In this document: positions 39,268-49,500 of the stretch, piece after piece
Layout: each line of letters opens with the position of its first letter
Position numbering within the stretch: the stretch's first letter is position 1
Assembly (NCBI GenBank): GCA_025993015.1
Contig: DAJPFV010000001.1
Location: 1,608,668-1,672,667 of the forward strand
Direction: 5' to 3'
From: Coriobacteriaceae bacterium
GTDB lineage: Bacteria > Actinomycetota > Coriobacteriia > Coriobacteriales > Coriobacteriaceae
Length of the DNA: 64,000 bases
The notes under the pieces: generated by a model
Database searches by the model: none
Told to the model about the DNA's origin: nothing
Seen by the model: only the letters and a program-made list of their open reading frames with translations
Position numbers and translations under genes: made by a program

Positions 39268-39361
39268 AACGGTTGAATGATAGTTATCCATACAGTTCGA
39301 TATTTTAGCAGCTCGGCTCATTTGGGCTATACAGATAAGGCATTGGCGGGATGGTTTTTCA

Positions 39362-39399
39362 AACGAAAAGCGCCCGCGGCCAAATGGTCGTGGGCGCTT
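39362..39399 (-). terminator. Rho-independent terminator after crr
   Basis: The minus strand reads agcgcccac...gcgggcgc followed by ttttcgttt. Confidence 0.6.
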
Positions 39400-39436
39400 G
39401 ACGAGGTGCCTTTTGGCTGTGTGGCGTGGGGCCTGG

Positions 39437-40000
39437 CTACTTGGTCTTGGCAACCAGCAGCGGGTCGCCAAGCTTGACGAGCGGGTTGCCGCCGATAAGC
39501 GTTCCAGACTCGCCGACATGGTCGATGCTCTTAAGACGATCGAGCTCGGAGACGATGACGGTCACGATGTCCTCGTGACCAGCGGCCTTAATGGCCTCGC
39601 GGTCGAAGCTGATGAGCGGCTGGCCTGCCTTGACCACATCGCCCATCTCGACAAAGCGGGCAAAACCCTTGCCGTTCATTTCCACGGTGCCCAGGCCAAC
39701 ATGGATGAACACGCGCAGACCGTCCTCGGTGATCATGCCGATGGAGTGGTTGGTGACAGTGGTGGCACCGATGCGGCCGTTGGCGGGCGCATAGATGGTG
39801 CCGGTAATGGGCTCGATGCCATAGCCCTGGCCAAGCATGCCCGAGGCGATCGTCTCGTCGGGAACCTCGTTCAGGTTGACGAGCACGCCGTTGACGGGGG
39901 CATAGATGACGCCTTCGCGGGTAGCGAAGCTTGCTGCGGGCGGAACGGACGCCTCGCCGGTCGAGGTGAAGGTGGACTTAAGCGAATCGAGCAGACCCAT
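39437..40000 (-). CDS. crr: PTS glucose-family EIIA component (stand-alone Crr-like)
   Basis: [17 protein letters not shown]...GHSIGM...[17 protein letters not shown] (both catalytic His regions). ggagg lies 6 nt upstream of the ATG at 40000. Confidence 0.88.
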   Translation of the reverse strand: MGLLDSLKSTFTSTGEASVPPAASFATREGVIYAPVNGVLVNLNEVPDETIASGMLGQGYGIEPITGTIYAPANGRIGATTVTNHSIGMITEDGLRVFIHVGLGTVEMNGKGFARFVEMGDVVKAGQPLISFDREAIKAAGHEDIVTVIVSELDRLKSIDHVGESGTLIGGNPLVKLGDPLLVAKTK

Positions 40001-40243
40001 AGTTGCCTCCAACTTAAATAGGCGCATATCGCGCGTTTGGTTTGCCGGAAACGTTTCACATGTGTTTCGCGGCTTGGTCAACGCCCCTATTCTACGCTGC
40101 TCAACGATACCTCTGAACTGGGATTATGTGATATATCAGTTGAAGGGAAACTTATTGCCGGAGTGTTTCTGCGCCACGGGTTCAAGTGGGGTACGCTTGA
40201 AGGCGAAAAATAAGGGCGCATAATTTGCGCGAAGGGAGCACAT

Positions 40244-41143
40244 ATGATTGTCGAGAACCATGCGCTGTGGGGCGAGGAGCCGACCGAGGATTATCCGGCG
40301 ACGTTTACGTATTTGGGTGCCGAGCCGTTGCCCGATAAACCGAATGGCCGCCGCCCCGCGGTGATTATCTGTGGCGGAGGTGCGTTTACGCATATCGCTC
40401 CGCATGAGCAGGATCCTGTGGCGTTTGCGTTTTTGGATCACGGTTACCAGGCCTTTGTGCTCAACTATGTCACGAGTTCTACGGGTGACGTGAGCTTTCC
40501 GCATCCCCAGGCAGATCTTGCCAAGATGGTCGCCACGGTGCGCGCCAACGCCGACGAGTGGCATGTCGATCCTAAGCGCGTGTGCGTCGTGGGCTTTTCT
40601 GCTGGCGGCATGATTTGCGCCTCGCTGGCAACACAGTGGAAGACCGGCCCCTTTGCGGCACTTGCCGGGGCGCGTCCGGACGACATTCGTCCCGATGCCG
40701 TGGTGCTGGGCTATCCATTGCTCGACTTTGCCTATGTGCGCGACATGCAGACGCGCGATCCGCGCATTGACTTGCGTGTGCCCAAGACGGGTGGCAAGAC
40801 GGGGCGCGATTTGCTCAACGACTACCTGTCGATGGTGACGGGCGGCGAGGCAACTGACGAGCATCTGGCCGACATCTGCCCCACCACGCATGTTTCGCGT
40901 CAGATGCCACCGACCTTTGTGTGGGGCGTGTCCGACGACAAGACGGCGCCGATCGCGCAGGTCTACCCGTTTGCGCAGCGCATGGCCGAGGAGGGCGTTG
41001 CATGCGAGATGCACGTCTTCGACCAGGGTGGTCATGGCCTTTCGCTCGGCAACGCCAACACCGCGGTCGACAACGAGGACAAGCAGGTTTCCGTCCGTCC
41101 CTGGATCCGCCTGGCCTTCCGCTTCCTCGAGCGCCATCTGTAA
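40244..41143 (+). CDS. Alpha/beta hydrolase (esterase/lipase-like)
   Basis: PAVIICGGGAF oxyanion region and the nucleophile elbow VVGFSAGG; C-terminal GGHGL. Confidence 0.8.
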   Translation: MIVENHALWGEEPTEDYPATFTYLGAEPLPDKPNGRRPAVIICGGGAFTHIAPHEQDPVAFAFLDHGYQAFVLNYVTSSTGDVSFPHPQADLAKMVATVRANADEWHVDPKRVCVVGFSAGGMICASLATQWKTGPFAALAGARPDDIRPDAVVLGYPLLDFAYVRDMQTRDPRIDLRVPKTGGKTGRDLLNDYLSMVTGGEATDEHLADICPTTHVSRQMPPTFVWGVSDDKTAPIAQVYPFAQRMAEEGVACEMHVFDQGGHGLSLGNANTAVDNEDKQVSVRPWIRLAFRFLERHL

Positions 41144-41170
41144 GAGTCCCGGCATCCAAGCTCTTCAATA

Positions 41171-41237
41171 ACTTGCGGTGAAATAGCTCCGATCTGGGGC
41201 ATCAACCAGCCCATCCAGGAACTATTCCACCGCAACT
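41171..41237. repeat. 67-nt palindromic element, copy B
   Basis: acttgcggtgaaatagctcc ... ggaactattccaccgcaact. Confidence 0.8.
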
Positions 41238-41256
41238 TCGTTTTTGATGCCCCGCC

Positions 41257-41460
41257 CGGAAACTGCGTCCCAGTTTTGCCTTTCAAGGTGGGACGCAGTT
41301 TCCCATAGGGCCTCGACTGGGAAAGCGCGTCCCGTTTCGAGCGGGGATTCTGGGATGCATTTTCCGTAAGAGGCCTGTTAGGGAAACCATATCCCGTTTC
41401 GAGCCAGAATTCTGGGATGTAGTTTCCCCGAGAGGCCTCATCGGGAAACTATGGCCCTGA
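41257..41460. repeat. About 3.3 tandem copies of a 62-bp unit, each unit an imperfect hairpin
   Basis: Unit starts at 41257/41319/41381/41443 (gggaaaNNNNNtcccgtttcgagcNNNNattctgggatgNNtttccNNagaggcctNNN). Confidence 0.85.
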
Positions 41461-41616
41461 ACTCTCCTGCCTGTCCCCATCGCACCGATCTGTCGATTGA
41501 ACGTCGTTGTGTGTTCGCGCTATCATGCATGGTTACAATTGGTTAGCCATGGCAAACGGTTAGCCATGGTGAACATAAATACAACGCCCTGTGGGCGCCG
41601 GGGGAGGAACACGGAC

Positions 41617-43977
41617 GTGAAGCTCGATACACTCGAGATTGGAAAGGACGCCGTTGTCGCATCGGTGGCATCGGACGATCAGGCACTCCGACAGCATATT
41701 TTGGACATGGGTCTAACGCCGGGCACCGAAGTCACCATGATGAAGTACGCCCCCATGGGTGACCCGCTCGAGATCCGCCTGCGTGGCTACGAGTTAACAC
41801 TGCGTAAGGACGATGCCGCACGCATCGAGCTCGTGGGTATTCACGACACCGATACGGGTCCGCGCGCTAACGCCGCAATCGGCACGACGGAGCATCCGGC
41901 CCTGGGCGAGGGGACGTATTCGCCCCGTGCGGCAAAGACGGCCGTGCCAGAGGGCGCGCCGCTGCACTTTGCCCTCGCCGGCAACCAAAACTGCGGCAAG
42001 ACCACGTTATTCAACCAGCTGACGGGCTCCAACCAGCATGTCGGTAACTTTCCCGGCGTGACGGTCGACCGCAAAGATGGCACCATCCGTAACCATCCCG
42101 AGGCGAGCGTTACCGACCTGCCCGGCATTTACTCCCTGTCGCCGTACACAGGCGAGGAGGTCGTGAGCCGTCAGTTCATCCTCGACGAGCGTCCGGACGC
42201 CATCATCGACATCATTGACGCCACCAACATCGAGCGCAACCTGTACCTGACACTGCAGCTCATGGAGCTTGACCGTCCTATGGTCATCGCGCTCAACATG
42301 ATGGACGAGGTGACCGCCAACGGCGGCGCCGTGGACGTCAACTTGCTCGAGAGCCTGTTGGGCGTGCCCGTTGTCCCCATTAGCGCTGCCCGCAACGAGG
42401 GCATCGGCGAGCTGGTGGACCACGCCCTGCACGTGGCGCGGTTCCGCGAGCGCCCTGGTCGCCTGGACTTTTGCGCGCCCGACGGTCCGGACGGCGGTGC
42501 GCTGCATCGCTGCATCCACGGTATTGCTAACCTGATCGAGGACCATGCCGTGACGGCGCACATCCCGGTGCGCTTTGCGGCGACCAAGCTGGTCGAGGGC
42601 GATGAGCTGGTAACCGAGGCGCTTCACCTGGATCGCAATGAGCTCGACGCTATCGAGCACATCATTACCCAGATGGAGGGCGAGGCCGGCACCGACCGCC
42701 TGTCCGCGCTGGCCGATATGCGTTTTAGCTTTATCGGCGACGTGTGCGGGCGTTGCGTCGTTAAGCCGCACGAGAGCCGCGAGCACGTGCGCTCCGTCAA
42801 GATCGACCGCATCCTGACGGGTCGTTACACAGCCATTCCGGCGTTCCTGGTGATCATGGGTCTCGTTTTTTGGCTGACGTTTGGCGTGATCGGCGCGGCG
42901 TTACAGGGACTTATGGAGGACGGCATCGCTGCCATCATCGCCTCGGCCGATGCGGGCCTCAAGGCATTCGGAACCAACGACGTGGTGCGCTCGCTGGCTG
43001 TCGACGGCGTGCTGACGGGCGTGGGCAGCGTGCTGACCTTCCTGCCGATTATCGTCGTGCTCTTCTTGTTCCTCTCCATTCTGGAAGACTCCGGCTACAT
43101 GGCGCGCGTGGCCTTTGTCATGGATAAGGTATTGCGTCGCTTTGGCCTGTCGGGCCGCAGCTTCGTGCCCATGCTCGTCGGTTTTGGCTGCACCGTGCCG
43201 GCTATCATGTCGACCCGTACGCTTCCATCCGAGCACGACCGCAAGATGACGGTCATGCTCACGCCGTTTATGAGCTGTTCGGCCAAGTTGCCGGTCTACG
43301 GTCTGCTGTGCGGGGCGTTTTTCCCGCAGGCGACAGTTCCCGCCATGGTCTCGCTCTATCTGATCGGCATTGCGGTCGGTTGCATCGCGGCTTTGGTGCT
43401 TAACCGCACGGCATTTAAGGGCGACCCGGTGCCGTTTATCATGGAGCTTCCCAACTACCGCCTGCCGAGCGTCAAGACGACGGTGATGCTGGCATGGGAT
43501 AAGGCCAAGGACTTTATTACCAAGGCCTTTACCATTATCTTTGCCGCTACGGTGGTCATCTGGTTCCTGCAGACGTTCGATATCCGCTTTAACGTGGTCG
43601 CCGATCAGTCGCAGAGCCTACTTGCCGGTCTGGGTAGCATTATCGCACCGGCGCTGACGCCGCTTGGGTTTGGCGACTGGCGTGCATCCACGGCGCTCGT
43701 CACCGGACTTATCGCCAAGGAGAGCGTCATCTCGACCCTTACCGTGCTTTTGGGTGCAACCTCGCCCGCGGCACTGTTGACCATGTTTTCGCCGTTTACC
43801 GCCTACGTGTTTCTGGTCTTTACGCTGCTGTACCCGCCCTGCGTGGCGGCAATCGGCGCCGTCAAGAGTGAGCTGGGCGCGCGCTATGCCGTTGCCGTGT
43901 TCGCGTTTCAGGTGACGGTCGCCTGGATCGTGGCGTTTGTCGTGCATTCGGCGGGCATATTGCTGGGGTTGGCTTAG
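41617..43977 (+). CDS. feoB: Ferrous iron transporter, FeoA-FeoB fusion
   Basis: N-terminal FeoA SH3-like domain (LDTLEIGKDAVV...GLTPGTEVTMMKYAPMGDPLEIRLRGYELTLRK). G-domain ALAGNQNCGKTTLFNQLTG...DLPGIYSL. Polytopic C-terminus. GTG at 41617 with a gggagga RBS. Confidence 0.9.
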   Translation: MKLDTLEIGKDAVVASVASDDQALRQHILDMGLTPGTEVTMMKYAPMGDPLEIRLRGYELTLRKDDAARIELVGIHDTDTGPRANAAIGTTEHPALGEGTYSPRAAKTAVPEGAPLHFALAGNQNCGKTTLFNQLTGSNQHVGNFPGVTVDRKDGTIRNHPEASVTDLPGIYSLSPYTGEEVVSRQFILDERPDAIIDIIDATNIERNLYLTLQLMELDRPMVIALNMMDEVTANGGAVDVNLLESLLGVPVVPISAARNEGIGELVDHALHVARFRERPGRLDFCAPDGPDGGALHRCIHGIANLIEDHAVTAHIPVRFAATKLVEGDELVTEALHLDRNELDAIEHIITQMEGEAGTDRLSALADMRFSFIGDVCGRCVVKPHESREHVRSVKIDRILTGRYTAIPAFLVIMGLVFWLTFGVIGAALQGLMEDGIAAIIASADAGLKAFGTNDVVRSLAVDGVLTGVGSVLTFLPIIVVLFLFLSILEDSGYMARVAFVMDKVLRRFGLSGRSFVPMLVGFGCTVPAIMSTRTLPSEHDRKMTVMLTPFMSCSAKLPVYGLLCGAFFPQATVPAMVSLYLIGIAVGCIAALVLNRTAFKGDPVPFIMELPNYRLPSVKTTVMLAWDKAKDFITKAFTIIFAATVVIWFLQTFDIRFNVVADQSQSLLAGLGSIIAPALTPLGFGDWRASTALVTGLIAKESVISTLTVLLGATSPAALLTMFSPFTAYVFLVFTLLYPPCVAAIGAVKSELGARYAVAVFAFQVTVAWIVAFVVHSAGILLGLA

Positions 43978-44017
43978 TTATTTATTGACGGCGCAACCTC
44001 TGTGTATTGAGTTGATT

Positions 44018-44058
44018 GCGGCCCCGCATCTGTACTGACGGATGCGGGGCCGTTGCTA
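44018..44058 (+). terminator. Rho-independent terminator after feoB
   Basis: cggccccgcatc / gatgcggggccg stem followed by ttgc. Confidence 0.6.
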
Positions 44059-44097
44059 TATAATCGCCTCCGCTCAAAATGATTGGAGACGTTATAT

Positions 44098-45294
44098 ATG
44101 AGTCAGGCAAGGCAAGATGGCATCACGCTCAAGCAGTGGCTCCCGCTTATCGGGCTCACCTGCTGCGCGTTCGTGTTCAACACGTCGGAGTTCATGCCCA
44201 TCGGTCTGCTGACCGACATCGCCGCATCGTTTTCGCTCACCGAGGCCCAAGCTGGCATCATGATCTCGGTCTATGCCTGGGGCGTCATGCTGCTGTCGTT
44301 GCCGCTCATGGTGTTCGCTTCGCGCTTTGAGTTCAAGCGGATGCTGCTCGGCGTGCTTGCCGTGTTCTCGCTGGGCCAGTTCCTGTCCGCCGTGGCGCCG
44401 ACCTATCCCATTCTGGTCTGCGCACGCCTGGTGGTTGCCTGCGCGCACGCCGTGTTCTGGTCGGTCGCCTCGATCATGGCGTCGCGTCTGGTTGACACGC
44501 GCCATGGGGCGCTCGCCATCAGCATGATCGCCACGGGCTCTTCCATCGCACAGATCTTCGGCCTGCCGCTCGGCCGCGCCATTGGCCTGGCCGTGGGCTG
44601 GCGTATGACGTTTGCCGTGGTTGGGGCCCTCTCTGCCGCTGCGGTGGTGTACCAGGCCACGGTGTTCCCCACCATGCCGGCGGGCGAGCGTTTTACGCTC
44701 AAGCAGCTGCCCGAGCTGCTCAAGAGCCCGTTCCTCATCGCTCTCTACGCCGTTACGGTGTTCATGGCGACCGGCTATTACGCGGGCTATAGCTATATCG
44801 AGCCTTTCCTGGCCCAGGTCGCGCATGTCGACGCAAGCGCTATCACTATGACGTTGACGGCGTTCGGCTGCTCCGGCCTGGTGGGCAGTTGGCTGTTCGG
44901 CCGCCTGTTCGACGGGCACCGTTTTCCGTTCCTTGCGATCACGCTCTCCGGAGTGCCGGTCGCCTTGCTGCTTATGGGATCTGTCGCGTCATCGCTCGCG
45001 GCGGTGCTTGCCGTCTGCGCGCTATGGGGCTGCTGCTCCACGGCCTTTAACGTGGCGTTTCAGGCCGAGCTCATCAAGTACACGCCGGTGGATTCGTCGG
45101 CCGTCGCCATGTCGATTTTCTCGGGCCTGTTTAACCTCGGTATTGGCACGGGTACCGCGATCGGCGGAGCCGTGGTTTCGGGTCCCGGTATCGCCTTGAT
45201 CGGCTACGCGGGCGGTGCGATCGCTGCCGTGGGCGTCATCCTCGCTATCACGGTGATGTTCCCGGCCATTCGTCGCGCAAAGCCTGTCGCCTAA
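44098..45294 (+). CDS. MFS transporter (sugar/drug efflux-like, 12 TM)
   Basis: 398 aa polytopic protein with the MFS loop motif (LVDTRHGALAISM...) and 12 predicted helices by eye. Confidence 0.8.
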   Translation: MSQARQDGITLKQWLPLIGLTCCAFVFNTSEFMPIGLLTDIAASFSLTEAQAGIMISVYAWGVMLLSLPLMVFASRFEFKRMLLGVLAVFSLGQFLSAVAPTYPILVCARLVVACAHAVFWSVASIMASRLVDTRHGALAISMIATGSSIAQIFGLPLGRAIGLAVGWRMTFAVVGALSAAAVVYQATVFPTMPAGERFTLKQLPELLKSPFLIALYAVTVFMATGYYAGYSYIEPFLAQVAHVDASAITMTLTAFGCSGLVGSWLFGRLFDGHRFPFLAITLSGVPVALLLMGSVASSLAAVLAVCALWGCCSTAFNVAFQAELIKYTPVDSSAVAMSIFSGLFNLGIGTGTAIGGAVVSGPGIALIGYAGGAIAAVGVILAITVMFPAIRRAKPVA

Positions 45295-45309
45295 CCACGT
45301 CCCCTCATC
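45238..45309 (+). repeat. Left copy of the 72-bp direct repeat flanking the island (functional 3' end of the MFS gene plus 15 nt)
   Basis: Aligns without gaps to 52704-52775 with 9 mismatches by my hand alignment. Confidence 0.85.
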
Positions 45310-45376
45310 AGTTGCGGTGAAATACGGACTGCTGGGCCCAATAAACCCGGCAAACAGTCCGCATTTCACCGCAACT
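45310..45376. repeat. 67-nt palindromic element, copy C
   Basis: agttgcggtgaaatacggactg ... cagtccgcatttcaccgcaact. Confidence 0.85.
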
Positions 45377-45440
45377 TAGAAAGGGACTGGGGTAGCTAAT
45401 TTGGGACGGGGCTTTTTTAGCTACCTCGCTGAGCATACGT

Positions 45441-45490
45441 AAAAGAGGCCGAGGCCGCTCCGGTGTGTGCTGGAGTGGCCTCGGTTTTGT
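45441..45490 (-). terminator. Long hairpin terminator at the 3' end of the island operon (bidirectional)
   Basis: aaaagaggccgaggccgctccgg ... ctggagtggcctcggtttt. Confidence 0.6.
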
Positions 45491-45507
45491 GTCTGCGTAT
45501 GATCGAC

Positions 45508-45876
45508 CTAGAGCTCGTCTTGGGGGACGACAGCCGTAAGTTGCTCGTTCTCAAATACCGCAGCAAGTCCGTGTTCGGGGTCAAAGCGATAGTTGCACAT
45601 GAGCGCTGCTTTGCGAGCATCATCGCTCCGAAGTACCACGATACTGGTCGGAATAACGTATCTAAAGATGTTTGTAATGGGGCCCTCGATCTGATCGCCG
45701 TCTCTTTCGAGACAATAATCTTCGATCGCTTCCTTGCTGTCCTCAACGGTATCCCAGCTTGCAAGCAGGGCGCCCTTTGCTTCCTTTTGAATGTCGAGGA
45801 CGCCTTGGTCCGAGTCACACTCGTAATAGACGGGGAGCGAGAAATCCCTGCCCCACAGATTCATGCCGTTAGTCAT
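45508..45876 (-). CDS. Small acidic protein, putative cognate immunity protein of the upstream nuclease
   Basis: The call rests on position only: it lies immediately 3' of the toxin gene and overlaps it (ATGACTAA). 122-126 aa, with no signal peptide or TM helix. The maximal ORF starts with TTG at 45888. Confidence 0.4.
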   Translation of the reverse strand: MTNGMNLWGRDFSLPVYYECDSDQGVLDIQKEAKGALLASWDTVEDSKEAIEDYCLERDGDQIEGPITNIFRYVIPTSIVVLRSDDARKAALMCNYRFDPEHGLAAVFENEQLTAVVPQDEL

Positions 45877-46558
45877 CGAAGCCGCCAATCTGATTCAGTA
45901 TGTTTTTGATTTCGCTTACGCCGCCGAGATGGCTGCACACCTTGTGAACTTCGGTCGGAACAAGAGAGCACGTCTTCATATCATTGTGTTCGTGCCAGGT
46001 GTACTCATTTACCTCGCGCCATTTCTTGACATCCTGGTGCGTCCAATCATCTTTGCCATCGCGTTGCTCAAGGTTCCAAGCTTTTGCGCATTCAGTGTCT
46101 GCCTTTTCATAGTTGCCGACAATGCGTTCGCCGTTCTCGCCCATCTGCGAAAGCCTATGCTGGCTCATGCCTTGTATGGTTACTTTCGCTTCAGAGATAG
46201 GGTTGAAGTCAGGAATTCCATCCTTGTAATTGATGCCCTCAAGACCTTTGTTTCGAAGAATCTCGCGGACCCTATCGGCTGTGGGAATAAACATCGATTC
46301 CCCTCGGTCACCCGACCATTTTCCGTTTGGATTCTCGATGCTCGGTGTACGGTCCAGCCTCTCCTTATAGCTCGAAGGATAATCGCACGATTCCACCGAG
46401 GGTCTAATCAATTTGTCGGGATCGATGGATTCGTTACGGCCGGCATTTTTAACCTCTGCCTTGGTTTCCTTTGATTCGGGGCCAATGAGTTTATCAGGAT
46501 TGAACCCAAGTTTATCGCCTAGCTTGGCCACGCCGCCTTTCATTTGCTTGAACTCCAT
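45869..46558 (-). CDS. HNH/EndoVII-fold nuclease toxin (WHH-like polymorphic-toxin domain) without a recognisable trafficking domain
   Basis: C-terminal KWSGDRGESMFIP...GIPDFNP...YTWHEHNDMKTCSLVPTEVHKVCSHLGG resembles the WHH/GH-E class of toxin nucleases. TAATG overlap with the ATPase gene. Confidence 0.6.
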   Translation of the reverse strand: MEFKQMKGGVAKLGDKLGFNPDKLIGPESKETKAEVKNAGRNESIDPDKLIRPSVESCDYPSSYKERLDRTPSIENPNGKWSGDRGESMFIPTADRVREILRNKGLEGINYKDGIPDFNPISEAKVTIQGMSQHRLSQMGENGERIVGNYEKADTECAKAWNLEQRDGKDDWTHQDVKKWREVNEYTWHEHNDMKTCSLVPTEVHKVCSHLGGVSEIKNILNQIGGFDD

Positions 46559-49500
46559 TAGCTCACCTCGCTATTCTCGTTCCAGTTGTGCCAATCGGAA
46601 TATGCTTGGGTATCTTGCATTTGCAGACACAAGACATCGGTCATGATGCCCTGGATGATGACCTGCCTGGTGCGGCTGTCGATATCGCGGTCGATTGAGG
46701 ACCTGAGTGCCGCGTCCGCCGCCATTGTCCATTGTTCGGCTTCATCGCTGCACTCGCGTTCGTCCTCGACCGCTTTGGCAACGTTGGGAAACAGTGTGCT
46801 CATTATGGGTCCCAGCTTGGTCATGCGCGGTTCGGCGGGTGGGTTTTGAACGGTGCGCAGGATCTTGACCTTTGTAGACGCGTCGATATGGAGGCGATCG
46901 AGCCGTTCGCGAATGCTGTGCAGCTCCGTCTTGGTTCCGATGCTGATTCCGTAGGCCAGCATGCGCGCTACGGCAAGGGCATCATCGCTCTGGTTGCTTG
47001 CGACATCGTCGATGGGGCGGCTGTATGCAAAGTGCGCGCCATCCTCTGCTTTGGCGATCTTGCAGAGCACCGGCTCAACCCAATCGTTTTGGTAAATGGC
47101 CGCAACGCCTTTAGGCAGGCGTGCCAGTTCGACGATCTGTTGGTCGTTGAGGTTGGCGGCGCGACCGGCGAGCTCGCGGTCCGAAAGATCGGGCAGGCGA
47201 TGGATGATCTTGGTATTTGTGTTGCGAATGGCTGCCATATCGAGAAGTCCGGGCGCCTGGTCGGCGATGATGAAGCCTTCGCCGTATGTACGCATCTCGG
47301 CGATGGCATTTGAGATCATCTCGACGCTCTTGCCTGTCAGGTCGCCGCTTTCCGAGCCTTGGCTGCTCGACGATCGCTTAAGCAGGTTGTGCGCCTCTTC
47401 AAGCACGGTCAGATGGCGAAGTGGCTGGTTCATGCCCTTTTTCTCGGCCATGCGATGTTCTTGAAGTTTGAGTACAAGAAGACCCATGAGTAGGGATTTT
47501 GTTTCGGCGGAGCCAATGCGCGATAGGTCGATGACTGTGTTGGCGTCAAAAAGCACGGTGGCGTCGACTTCGTTCGACGAAAGCATCATGCCGTTGAGCC
47601 CGTTGGTGAGTGAATTGAGACGTGTGAGCAGCGAACCCTTGTAGGCGCCCTTATTTTCGGCGTCGTACTCGCTGGAATCGAGAATCTCGCGGACGTTGCG
47701 GGCAACATCTGCAAAGCAAGGAAAGAGATCGGCTCCATATGGGTTATCAGAAGCGGCAAGGTCCCATCCACAGTCTTCGTATGACCTGGCGACGGCGTCT
47801 TTAAGGACGGCGGGCATGGCGGCGTACATGGGCCAGCAGACATTAAAGATCTCAGCGAGTCGGTCGAGGTGTTCCAGCACATGGATGCCGGACGGGAAGC
47901 TAAAAGGATTGATACGCAGGAGCGGCGTGAATTCTGGATTGGTTCCAAAGACGTTTACGTCTTCGCGGGCTCCATACACGTCCTTGTATTCGCCCTTGGC
48001 AGGTTCAATGACAAGGAAGTTGACTCGCTGATCGAGCGCTTGGTCGAGGATGCGACAGACGGTATTGGTCTTTCCTGCGCCGGTGCTGCCCGTAACAAAG
48101 GTGTGCGAGGCAAGTGAGTCCTTTGACAGGAACGTTTCGATGCGTTCCTCGCGATGCATATGGAAAACCTTGCCTATGCAAAGGCCCTGCTGAGGCTGCG
48201 TACCATCGAACGTAGAGACGTTGCGCCCAAAAGAAGCGCATTCGATAACGGGCAACCCTGGGACGGACTTCTTGGGAAAGTTGAGCGAATAGGCCAGCTC
48301 CTTGCCCGAAAGGGCAGTCGTTGCATCGACCGTTGCCGGATAGACCGAAAAGCTCGGATGTTGATCGAGCAGGGCGGGGGAGAGGGCAAAAGCAGGATGG
48401 CGCAAATCGCGAAGGTAGGAGCAGATTGCCGTGGCGTCGGCGCTTTGCTCTCCAAGGTCTCCGCGCCAGAGGTTTACTGCAGCCTGAGACATATAGGATT
48501 CTTTGCCCTGGGTGAGGGCGAGATAGGTGTGGGCAACGTTATTCGCGACGTTGTGGTCTTCTGCTAGCACGTAGGCGCAAAAGTCCCACATGCCGAGTGC
48601 CGAGGCAAGGTCGTAGCGCTTCATTTGCAACTCAAGTATTTCGAGCGCGTGTTGGATGGAGTAATTCTTGAACGTCTGCGTGATGCCTTCGTCGGCGCCG
48701 ATGGTAGCGGTGACCGTGCTTGAGCGTGCGAACGATCCGCCAAAGTTGGCACCTAGATTTACTGCCTGCGAAACACCGGAAGTCACGGAAGCTCCCTTAG
48801 AGACAGCCTTGCCAACACCGCTGGTGACGGCTTTGCCGAGCGTGTTGGATATGGCCTTGCCGGTAGATGAGCTTGTACCTGTTGCCGTGGACGTGGAGTG
48901 CGACGAACCCTCCGTGTGACTTGCGGATACGCCTAAGTCAACGCCTCCGCTCGAGGACTCATTCCTGCCGTCGGTGACCGTATCCGTGATGCTTTCGGTC
49001 GATGTGGACGAGTCGGTTACGCTCTCGTTGCTCGATTCCGAGGTCGACTCGTTTGTCGAGTCCGTTTCGTTGTAGTTTTGAGCAACAGCCTGATTATTTC
49101 CCACCTGTCTGCCGGCGCTCACACCTGCATTGATGCCAATCGTCGCGGACGATCCGATGGAGTCGTTCTGGTGATGGGTGTAGTTGGTCGTCCATGAGGC
49201 ATAAGGCGTTAGCAGTGAGTGGAGTTCGGCGAGGCGGAGTTTGCGCGATTCGATATCATGGATCGGGGTTGCGAGCAGCACGATAGTGTAGTCTTCGCTC
49301 GGCCTACCGGGCACAATGCCGTCGAGAACCTTCTCAATAGTTTGCGTGACGAACTTCTCGTTCTTTTCGGCTGGAATATTCGAAACGGCGGCAACCGAAG
49401 ACGGGCGTCGATTGTCTAGACACGGAATGGGACCGCGGTTGGCGGGCCCCACTTCGGAACCGGGGAAGTTGCCCCTCAAGGCATCCGACATGCGCCGGGA

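Noticed and set aside
37804-39276. 490-aa plus-strand ORF.
   Set aside because: It is antisense to asnS and is a shadow frame.
39268-39436. Possible T-box or other leader upstream of asnS.
   Set aside because: I could not find a T-box consensus or specifier-loop architecture. The region is explained by the crr terminator plus a short promoter region.
41257-41460. Possible CRISPR array, because of regularly spaced repeats.
   Set aside because: The units are contiguous 62-bp tandem copies with no unique spacers, and no cas genes are present in the window.
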